64,000 nt of DNA from the NCBI GenBank assembly GCA_036520875.1, contig DATDIT010000021.1:3149-67148 (forward strand), given 5' to 3'. This DNA is from Candidatus Acidiferrales bacterium (GTDB lineage: Bacteria; Acidobacteriota; Terriglobia; Acidiferrales; UBA7541). Of this stretch, positions 47,523 through 54,770 are shown piece by piece. The stretch's first letter is position 1. Each line of letters starts with the position of its first letter. The notes below the pieces were generated by a model. The model was not told the DNA's origin. It searched no databases and worked only from the letters and a program-made list of their open reading frames with translations. The translations under genes were made by a program, and so were the position numbers.

Positions 47523-48347
47523 ATGCATCCTGTCCTTTTGCAGATTGGCTCCATCACCATCTACACGTACGGGGTACTTGCAGCGGCTGGATTCTTGGTT
47601 GGACTGTGGCTCGCTTACCGGCAAGCTCCGCGCGCCGGCCTGAATCCACATAGCGTGTGGAATCTTGGAGTCTACGGAATCCTCTTGGCTCTGCTGATGT
47701 CGAAGGTCTGGCTGATCTTCAGTAGTTGGGATTACTATCTCGCGCACCCCGCCGACATTTTCAGCATGGCGACTTTTCAGTCGGCGGGAACTTTCTACGG
47801 CGGCATTCTCGGCGGAATTCTGTGGGTAGTTCTGTATACCCATTTCCAAAAAATGCCCCTTCTCGCGGTGCTCGACGTCGTCGCCGCTCCCGTTGCGCTG
47901 GGGCATGCGATTGGCCGCATCGGATGCTTCGTGGCCGGTTGCTGCTATGGCAAACCAACGTCACTTCCCTGGGGCGTCACTTTCACTAGCCCCATCGCGG
48001 AAAAAATCGCGGGAACGCCGCTGCACGTTTCGCTACATCCCACGCAGCTATATGAAGCTGGCGCTGAATTCTTGAATGTGCTTATTCTGATTTGGTTAGG
48101 CGCCAGGCAACGATTCGCGGGTCAGTTGATCGGCGCCTATTTTGTCCTATACGGAATCGAGCGGGGCACCATCGAAGTTTTCCGCGGTGATCCAGGCCGC
48201 ACGATGATGTTCCACGGTACCGTGTCGCTGATGCAAATTGTCAGTGCCGTGCTGATCGTCGCTGGCGCCTCACTCTGGTGGCGCGGCCTGCGCGCTCGTT
48301 CGACGGCGCCTGTAGCGATGGAGCGCGCGATAGTTAGCCGTTCCTAG
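47523..48347 (+). CDS. lgt: prolipoprotein diacylglyceryl transferase
   Basis: Supporting segments are GHAIGRIGCFVAGCCYGKPT and HPTQLYEA. The start is taken at ATG 47523 (MHPVLLQIGSITIYTYGVL). Confidence 0.92.
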   Translation: MHPVLLQIGSITIYTYGVLAAAGFLVGLWLAYRQAPRAGLNPHSVWNLGVYGILLALLMSKVWLIFSSWDYYLAHPADIFSMATFQSAGTFYGGILGGILWVVLYTHFQKMPLLAVLDVVAAPVALGHAIGRIGCFVAGCCYGKPTSLPWGVTFTSPIAEKIAGTPLHVSLHPTQLYEAGAEFLNVLILIWLGARQRFAGQLIGAYFVLYGIERGTIEVFRGDPGRTMMFHGTVSLMQIVSAVLIVAGASLWWRGLRARSTAPVAMERAIVSRS

Positions 48348-48378
48348 CAATGATCGTTTGATCTGATGAAGCCAAAAC

Positions 48379-49386
48379 ATGCCCGCGAGCCGCTCAGGCC
48401 GACACCTCGAATTTATCGTACCGCCTGACTGCTCCGGCCAGCGCCTTGACCGTTTCCTCGTCTCGCAACTCCCCGAGCTCAGCCGCTCGCGGATCCAATC
48501 GTTGATGGACGAAGGCCACGTGCTCGTGGACGGCGTCGCGCGCAAAGCCTCGCATCACGTAGCATCGAACGAGACACTCACCGTGGAAATCCCGCCTGCG
48601 CGGCCTGCGGGAGTCGAAGCCGAACCTATTCCACTCGAAATTCTCTACGAAGACGAAGACCTCGCCGTCATCGACAAGCCTGCCGGAATGATCGTGCATC
48701 CCGGGGCAGGCGCGGATGCCGGTACACTAGTAGCGGCGCTTCTCAACCGCTTCGGCGACGCCGGACTCTCGACCATCGGCGGACCGCTGCGCCCCGGCAT
48801 AGTGCACCGCCTCGACAAAGATACTTCCGGCGCGATTCTGATTGCCCGCACTGACGACGCTCACCGAAAACTCGTCGACGATTTTCGCGAGCGCAAAGTC
48901 AACAAGACCTATGTCGCGCTCCTTCACGGAAACATCAAGGGCGACTCAGGCTCCGTGGAATTGGCCATTGCCCGCGACCTCCGCCGCCGTTCTCGGATGA
49001 CCGCCCGGCGCCGCGTGGGCCGCGAGGCGCGAACCGATTGGCGCGTCCTACTCCGGCTGAAAGGCTACACCTTTATCGAAGCCGGCCTGCACACCGGCAG
49101 AACCCATCAGATTCGCGTTCACTTTTCCGCGCTGCGGTGTCCAGTTGTCGGCGATGCCATCTACGGAGCTCCGCGCCAGGAACATGCCGCATCTACGCTG
49201 CTCCCGCCACTAAACCGCAATTTTCTCCACGCGGCCCGCATCGCCTTCGTCCATCCGCGAACAACTCAGCGAATCGAAGTTCGTGCGCCGCTGCCGACGC
49301 AACTCCTGGACTATCTCGCCGGCCTCGCTCATGCCCTCCAAGCTGATCCAGCTTCGGTTGACGCTGCCCTCCGCGAGTTCCTATAA
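48379..49386 (+). CDS. rluD: RluA/RluD-family 23S rRNA pseudouridine synthase
   Basis: An N-terminal S4-like domain (QRLDRFL) is followed by the catalytic HRLDKDTSG and GRTHQIRVH segments. Confidence 0.88.
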   Translation: MPASRSGRHLEFIVPPDCSGQRLDRFLVSQLPELSRSRIQSLMDEGHVLVDGVARKASHHVASNETLTVEIPPARPAGVEAEPIPLEILYEDEDLAVIDKPAGMIVHPGAGADAGTLVAALLNRFGDAGLSTIGGPLRPGIVHRLDKDTSGAILIARTDDAHRKLVDDFRERKVNKTYVALLHGNIKGDSGSVELAIARDLRRRSRMTARRRVGREARTDWRVLLRLKGYTFIEAGLHTGRTHQIRVHFSALRCPVVGDAIYGAPRQEHAASTLLPPLNRNFLHAARIAFVHPRTTQRIEVRAPLPTQLLDYLAGLAHALQADPASVDAALREFL

Positions 49387-49394
49387 TCCTTCTC

Positions 49395-50483
49395 GTGAAG
49401 TGCCGCTTGACGAATCCTCTTAGCCCAATTCGCGCCGTAGTGTTTGTGCTGCTCATCGGACTCGCGGTCTCCGCGATTTTCGCTCGTGCGCAACAGACTC
49501 CGCCCGAACCTGCGGGCCCGGCCGCCTTCCCCCCTCAGCAAGCCCCATCTGCGCCAACTCCGCAAGCGGAGCCACCCGCTCAGCAGCCACCAATCGTCAG
49601 CACCACCGGCCTTGTCCACCTTGTGGTCACCGTTGTCGACAGGCATCACGACTTCATCACCGATCTCGATAAAACCGACTTCAAGGTTCTCGATAACGGC
49701 TCCCCGCAAGCCATTCGTTTCTTCGGCCGCGAAACCGATCTGCCTCTGCGCATCGCGCTGCTTTTGGACACGTCTAATAGCATCCGTCCACGCCTGAAAT
49801 TCGAAAAAGATGCCGCAATCGATTTCCTCGACAAAGTAATTCGCCGCGAGAAAGATCTCGCCTTCCTGATGACCTTCGATAACGAGCCGCAGGTCATTCA
49901 GGACTACACGTCCAGCGTCGACCTGCTCAGTTCCGCCATTGAGCAGCAGCGCGCCGGAGGCGGCACGGCTTTGAATGATGCCATCTACATGGCTGCGCAA
50001 AAGCTGGCGCACCCGCCCGTTCCCGTGGGCCCGGAAACGGAAGTACGCCGCGTAATTGTTGTCATCAGCGATGGTGACGACAATCTCAGCGACCGCGCCC
50101 TCAGCGACGCAATCGACGCATCCATTCGCTCTGAAGTCGCCGTCTTCACCGTCAGCACCAGCACCGATTGGCTGGCCATCGACGACGCCACCCGCCCCAG
50201 CAAATATCACATCGAGGGAGGCGACAAAGTTCTGCAGGAATTCGCGGATCAAACTGGCGGCCATGCCTTCTTTCCCTACCGCGTGGACGATCTCGCCCAG
50301 TCCTTCCTCGACATCGGAACCGAGCTGCGCAGCCAGTATTTCATCGCTTACGCTCCCGGCAATCCGCCTCCCGTCGGTGTATACCGCAAGATTCAGGTCG
50401 AGACCGATCGCAAGGGACTCACCGTCCGCACCCGCAAAGGCTATTACGCCGCCGCCTCTTCTAACGCGCCTGCGTCCCAGTAG
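49395..50483 (+). CDS. VWFA-related acidobacterial-domain protein (VWA paralogue 1)
   Basis: It has a signal/anchor. An N-terminal beta segment (LVHLVVTVVDRHHDFITDLDKTDFKVLDNGSPQAIRFF) is followed by a MIDAS motif DTSNS in LLLDTSNSI. The C-terminal signature is YRKIQVETDRKGLTVRTRKGYYA. Confidence 0.8.
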   Translation: MKCRLTNPLSPIRAVVFVLLIGLAVSAIFARAQQTPPEPAGPAAFPPQQAPSAPTPQAEPPAQQPPIVSTTGLVHLVVTVVDRHHDFITDLDKTDFKVLDNGSPQAIRFFGRETDLPLRIALLLDTSNSIRPRLKFEKDAAIDFLDKVIRREKDLAFLMTFDNEPQVIQDYTSSVDLLSSAIEQQRAGGGTALNDAIYMAAQKLAHPPVPVGPETEVRRVIVVISDGDDNLSDRALSDAIDASIRSEVAVFTVSTSTDWLAIDDATRPSKYHIEGGDKVLQEFADQTGGHAFFPYRVDDLAQSFLDIGTELRSQYFIAYAPGNPPPVGVYRKIQVETDRKGLTVRTRKGYYAAASSNAPASQ

Positions 50484-50512
50484 CCGAACCGCCGAGCGAG
50501 GAGAGATTAGTC

Positions 50513-51598
50513 ATGGAAAACTGGCTACGGGCTGCGCTGATCCTCACAATTTGTCTATTCGCGGGAAGCGAAGGGTTAGCTGCGCAGCAGGCCACGCCGG
50601 TAGAAGGTGACTACGTCGCGAATAATTTCGTGTTCCGCTCGGGTGAGACGTTGCCCGAACTGCGCCTCCATTACACCACGCTTGGAAAGCCGGCGCGCGA
50701 CGAGCAGGGGCGCGTGACCAACGCCGTACTGATCTTGCACGGAACCGGCGGTACGGGGCAGCAATTTTTGCAGCCGATTTATGCGGGCGAACTGTTCGGA
50801 CCGGGACAGCTTCTGGATACCGACAAGTATTACATCGTTCTTCCCGACGGCATCGGGCATGGAAAATCCTCCAAGCCGAGTGACGGGCTCCACGCCCATT
50901 TCCCGCATTACGACTACGACGATATGGTGGCCGCGCAGTACCTGCTTCTCACAAAGGGGCTGGGCGTGAACCATTTGAGACTCGTGACCGGAACTTCCAT
51001 GGGCTGCATGCATTCCTTTGTATGGGGCGAGACGTACCCGAACTTCATGGACGCTCTGATGCCGTTGGCCTGCCTGCCCGTCCAGATTTCCGGCAGGAAT
51101 CGCTTGTGGCGCAAGATGGCCATGGATGCAATCGAAAAGGATCCCGAATGGAATGGCGGCGACTACACCACTGAGCCGCAACAAGCCCTGCGAAGCTGGA
51201 TCAATCTTCTGTTGATCGCCGGAAGCGCGCCCCTGCAGATGCAGAAAACGCTGCCCACGCGAGATGCCGCTGACGAATACCTGGAGAATGCCTACCAGAC
51301 GCGAGTGAAAGACCTCGATGCAAACGATATTTTGTACCAATTAGATGCCTCGCGGAATTACGACCCCTCAGGCGGCCTCGAGAAAATCGTGGCTCCAGTG
51401 ATGTGGATTAACTCCGCGGACGACTTCATCAATCCGCCGGAACTGGGCATTGCGCAAAAAGAAGTGGAGCGAATCAAGAAGGGGAAGTTTGTGCTGCTGC
51501 CGGTCAGCGACCAGACTTACGGTCACGGGACGCACACGCACGCGGCGGCATGGAAGCAATATCTGGCGGAACTGCTGAAAGAGTCGGCGCCTGATTAA
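50513..51598 (+). CDS. secreted alpha/beta hydrolase (homoserine-acetyltransferase-like fold)
   Basis: It has a signal peptide MENWLRAALILTICLFAGSEGLAAQQ, the nucleophile elbow GTSMG, and the LILHGTGG and GHGKSSKP segments. Confidence 0.75.
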   Translation: MENWLRAALILTICLFAGSEGLAAQQATPVEGDYVANNFVFRSGETLPELRLHYTTLGKPARDEQGRVTNAVLILHGTGGTGQQFLQPIYAGELFGPGQLLDTDKYYIVLPDGIGHGKSSKPSDGLHAHFPHYDYDDMVAAQYLLLTKGLGVNHLRLVTGTSMGCMHSFVWGETYPNFMDALMPLACLPVQISGRNRLWRKMAMDAIEKDPEWNGGDYTTEPQQALRSWINLLLIAGSAPLQMQKTLPTRDAADEYLENAYQTRVKDLDANDILYQLDASRNYDPSGGLEKIVAPVMWINSADDFINPPELGIAQKEVERIKKGKFVLLPVSDQTYGHGTHTHAAAWKQYLAELLKESAPD

Positions 51599-51637
51599 GG
51601 TTTGCGGTCTTCAGCAGCGCAGGTTCGGTACCGTGCG

Positions 51638-52708
51638 CTATCTGGATGGCGCGTAGTATCCCTTGCGAGCCAGGATCTTCAGATCGGCGCGGTCCACATC
51701 CACGCGTATCTTTCGAAACGTGCCGTCGCGCTTCGTGTTCGCGGGATAATAGCCGATCACGTACTGCGACCGCAGTTCTTCGGCGATTGTATCGAAGGCT
51801 TTCCGAAGTCCCTCATCGTTGCGCACGCTGATCACCCGCCCGCCGGTTTCGTGCGCCATCTTTGACGCCACGCCCGGTCCGTAACCTTCCGTGGCGTTGG
51901 GATCCGTGATCAAAATGAAATGGAGCACCGCGTCGGCGCGCTGCGCGGACTCGATCGCGTCGTTCTCGCTCAACTTGCTTCCGGTATCCTCCGCGTCCGT
52001 CAGCAGGATGATGGCTTTGCGTCCCGCTTCCGAAGTCAGTTCGTCGTGCGCCGCCAGATAAACCGCATCATAAAGATTCGTGCCGCCCCCGCGTGACGGC
52101 ACGGTACCCCCGGTCCCACCGATCCCGGCAGCATCCACATTGATTTCGGCCCGCCGGATAGCGTGCTGAAGCACCGCTGGATCCTCGCTGAAGTCCGCCA
52201 GCAAATTCACGTCGGTATCGAAGCTCATCACAATCGCTTCGTCCTTCTTATGCATCACCTCTTCGACGAAGTTCGATGCCGCTTCCTTTTCCGCGCCTAG
52301 AATCTCCTGCATGCTGATGCTCGTATCCATCAAAAGTGCAAGCGAAAGCGGCAGATCCACTTCCTTCGTGAAATAGGAGATTTTCTGCTCCACTCCATCT
52401 TCAAACACTTTGAAATCGTTCTTCCCCAGGTCCGAAACAATTCCGTTGTGCCGGTCGCGAACCGTTGTGAACACGTCCACCACCGTCGTTTGCACTTGAA
52501 GCGGCGCGGACGATTGCGGCGGTTCCTGCTGCTGTGGAGTCTGCGATTCTTGGCTGGGGGGGGAACGGTCGATCAGCGGTCCTCGCGGGCTCGACTCTTG
52601 AAACGCGCTGCGCCCCACCGCGGATGTGCGTGACGCGACCGGTCTCGCCAGCGGATACGCGCTGGCTGTTAAAACAAGAATACCCGCCGCGATGCTGGTC
52701 AGCCGCAT
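51638..52708 (-). CDS. VWFA-related acidobacterial-domain protein (VWA paralogue 2)
   Basis: ATG at 52708 has a GGAGGA Shine-Dalgarno 8 nt upstream. Supporting segments are VVDVFTTVRDRHNGIVSDLGKNDFKVFEDGVEQKISYF, the MIDAS motif DTSIS, and the C-terminal FRKIRVDVDRADLKILARKGYYA. Confidence 0.8.
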   Translation of the reverse strand: MRLTSIAAGILVLTASAYPLARPVASRTSAVGRSAFQESSPRGPLIDRSPPSQESQTPQQQEPPQSSAPLQVQTTVVDVFTTVRDRHNGIVSDLGKNDFKVFEDGVEQKISYFTKEVDLPLSLALLMDTSISMQEILGAEKEAASNFVEEVMHKKDEAIVMSFDTDVNLLADFSEDPAVLQHAIRRAEINVDAAGIGGTGGTVPSRGGGTNLYDAVYLAAHDELTSEAGRKAIILLTDAEDTGSKLSENDAIESAQRADAVLHFILITDPNATEGYGPGVASKMAHETGGRVISVRNDEGLRKAFDTIAEELRSQYVIGYYPANTKRDGTFRKIRVDVDRADLKILARKGYYAPSR

Positions 52709-52844
52709 TGTATAATTCCTCCGAGGACGGGAACAGACTGATACGATGCGCGGTACGCGCTTACGGATGTTCCGGCCCAAGCCCCCGCCCCCAGGCCTTC
52801 GGCGAACTCTCGCGGTCTAGACCGCGGAGAAACGAGAGTCACAG

Positions 52845-53927
52845 ATGACGCGAAGACTTTCACTTCTAGGTACGCTCCTGTTGTTCGGCGTTACGGGCCA
52901 GGCGTGGGCCCAGGCGCAGCGTCCCGTTGCCCCAGGCGCTCCAACTCCAACCGCCCCTGCGCAGCAGCAGAATCCGCCGCGCATCATTGTTCCAACATAC
53001 ACCGTCATCGTTCCCGTTACTGTAAAAGATAATCGCGGCCAGTTGGTCGGGGATCTTCAAAAGAAGGACTTTCGGGTTTTCTCCGATGGCGTCGAACAAA
53101 AGATTCGCCAGTTTTCCTCCGAGCCGGTGCCCCTTTCGGCCGTCATTCTTATCGACAACGATCTCGATCAGCGGCCAGTCTCGCAGGTTCAAAAGAGCCT
53201 CACGGCCATCTCTGCCGGCTTCGGACCTTCCGATGAAGTTGCCGTGGTAACTTACGACGAGTTTCCACAAACTGTCGCCGATTTTTCTTTCAACAACGAT
53301 CACTTGTTCACGCAACTTAAACGTCTCGATCTCGAATCCCACAACAGCCAGGTGATTGCCGACCCCACCACAGCCGGCCCCATGATGAACGGCCATCAAC
53401 CCTTGGACACGGCGCGCGGCGTCCCGCAACACGGATCGAAAAGATACAAGAACGACAATGCTCTGGATGATGCCGTGTTCGCGGCGTCGAACATGCTCAA
53501 GGATCGCGGCCGTGACCGCCGCAAAATCATCTTTCTGATCTCCGACGGCACCAACGGGAAGAACGAGCACACTTTCGACCAGGCGCTTCATTCCCTCCTT
53601 GCCAACGATGTTGCAGTGTATTCCATTTCCGTCTCACATTCGCTGCCGATCGGCAAGTCCCTTATTCAGCGGGGAGCTTCGGAACTCGAAAAATACGCGT
53701 TGAATAGCGGCGGCGATACCTTCTACGCATCCAAGCAGCCCGAGCTCGAGCGCCTTTATTCCGATGTCACCGAACAGGCGCGCAATCAATACACGCTCAC
53801 ATTTTCGCCGGAGAATATTCCCAAGGGTCAGGACTTCCACGAAGTCGAAGTGCGCGTCGAGCGGCCCGGCTTGAACGTTGAGACTCGCCGCGGATTTTAT
53901 TTGAGCGCCATCAGTGCCGGCCACTAG
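52845..53927 (+). CDS. VWFA-related acidobacterial-domain protein (VWA paralogue 3, degenerate MIDAS)
   Basis: It has a signal peptide MTRRLSLLGTLLLFGVTGQAWAQA. Supporting segments are VIVPVTVKDNRGQLVGDLQKKDFRVFSDGVEQKIRQF and the C-terminal FHEVEVRVERPGLNVETRRGFYL. The MIDAS position reads DNDLD instead of DxSxS. Confidence 0.75.
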   Translation: MTRRLSLLGTLLLFGVTGQAWAQAQRPVAPGAPTPTAPAQQQNPPRIIVPTYTVIVPVTVKDNRGQLVGDLQKKDFRVFSDGVEQKIRQFSSEPVPLSAVILIDNDLDQRPVSQVQKSLTAISAGFGPSDEVAVVTYDEFPQTVADFSFNNDHLFTQLKRLDLESHNSQVIADPTTAGPMMNGHQPLDTARGVPQHGSKRYKNDNALDDAVFAASNMLKDRGRDRRKIIFLISDGTNGKNEHTFDQALHSLLANDVAVYSISVSHSLPIGKSLIQRGASELEKYALNSGGDTFYASKQPELERLYSDVTEQARNQYTLTFSPENIPKGQDFHEVEVRVERPGLNVETRRGFYLSAISAGH

Positions 53928-54006
53928 CCACGAATATTTTCAAAACGGCAATCGCCCAAAAGTTTTTCTCCTTGACTTCATCCGTTCCTGCTTCTATAGA
54001 TGAACG

Positions 54007-54159
54007 AAGCGGGATCGGCTCCCGGATTTAAATTCGGTGCCGTCTCGCGGAGAAAGTTCCGGTAGTAAATGCGCGGAACCCACTCCAGGCTTTGAATCGA
54101 AAAGCCTGGCAGGAAATAAAGCGGGGCAATCGATAAAACGATTGCCCCGCTTTTATTTT
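54007..54159 (+). ncRNA. candidate orphan structured small RNA (about 150 nt)
   Basis: TTGACT (53972-53977), a 17-nt spacer and TATAGA (53995-54000) lie upstream. The transcript would fold into at least four local hairpins at 54022-54037, 54056-54079, 54085-54109 and 54121-54150. It ends in a strong intrinsic terminator. No ORF with a Shine-Dalgarno lies inside, and no gene lies downstream on this strand. Confidence 0.35.
54121..54159 (+). terminator. strong intrinsic terminator (bidirectional-looking)
   Basis: The sequence is GCGGGGCAATCG-ataaaa-CGATTGCCCCGC, a perfect 12-bp stem, followed by TTTTATTTT and preceded by AAATAAA. Confidence 0.75.
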
Positions 54160-54179
54160 GTGGCCTTGCCGTTGTAAGG

Positions 54180-54328
54180 GCACGACATGTCGTACCCGGC
54201 GCGCATACTCGGCGCGATGTCAGCCATACGCCCCGCACAAACGGGCGCACTGCGGTTCCAGCTGCTAAGCTCGATCCTGTAGCCACCAGCACGACATGTC
54301 GTACCCGGCGCGCATACTCGGCGCGATG
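54180..54328. repeat. two perfect 40-bp direct repeats (54180-54219 and 54289-54328)
   Basis: GCACGACATGTCGTACCCGGCGCGCATACTCGGCGCGATG occurs twice with a 109-bp period. Each copy contains the palindrome ACGACATGTCGT. Confidence 0.9.
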
Positions 54329-54546
54329 CTGTTCATTCACGGCGATCGCCGGGCGTCGAGCCTCATGTGGAGTGCGGCGGCTTGCCGCCGCTGTCTGCCG
54401 TCCGGGCTTGCCCGGATGTGCTGCAACCACGCCCCATAAATCGCGCATTTGGTTTAGCACACGGCCCCTCCGCACTGGGCATCCGCCGCGGCGCACCGTA
54501 CCCAAAACCGCGTATTCACCGTGGACGACCTTTAGGGGTTATGTAG

Positions 54547-54617
54547 CTCACCCCGCCTTCAAGGGGTGAGGCCTCTCGGCCCGCCTTCGCTTACCGCCTT
54601 CGCTTACCGCCTTCGCT
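54547..54617. repeat. perfect 8-bp hairpin followed by a 13-bp tandem repeat (about 2.8 copies)
   Basis: The hairpin CTCACCCC-gccttcaa-GGGGTGAG lies at 54547-54570. CCGCCTTCGCTTA is then repeated in tandem at 54581-54617. Confidence 0.85.
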
Positions 54618-54665
54618 TCGCTCTCGCCGTTGCTTTGGTCCTTGCTTTCGCCTTCGCCTTACGCC

Positions 54666-54753
54666 GTCATTCTGAGCGGCAGTGTCCCGCGCTTTTGGTT
54701 TTGCGCGAAGCGCCGGGACACGCAGTCGAAGAACCTCTCTTCGATGTACTCAG
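54666..54753 (+). repeat. MITE/REP-like element, family B, copy 2
   Basis: The sequence is GTCATTCTGAGCGGCAGTGTCCCGCGCTT...AAGCGCCGGGACACGCAGTCGAAGAACCTCTCTT. It has the same 5' box, an internal long hairpin and a similar 3' end. The location is intergenic. Confidence 0.6.
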
Positions 54754-54770
54754 GAAACTCGGGTCGTGTA

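Noticed and set aside
54000-54065. A 21-codon ORF (MNEAGSAPGFKFGAVSRRKFR) sits inside the sRNA candidate.
   Set aside because: Its ATG overlaps the putative -10 box, there is no Shine-Dalgarno, and the ORF is very short. I cannot exclude it, but I have no support for it.
54180-54328. The two identical 40-bp repeats could be the start of a CRISPR array.
   Set aside because: There are only two copies, and the 69-bp spacer is long for CRISPR. No cas genes lie in the window. The repeat contains a REP-type palindrome that is also found singly elsewhere.
53978-54505. A 175-aa minus-strand ORF spans the sRNA-like unit and the 40-bp repeats.
   Set aside because: Its translation is Arg/Pro/Gly-rich and reads straight through a terminator hairpin and both copies of a direct repeat. 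It has no Shine-Dalgarno and no family resemblance.
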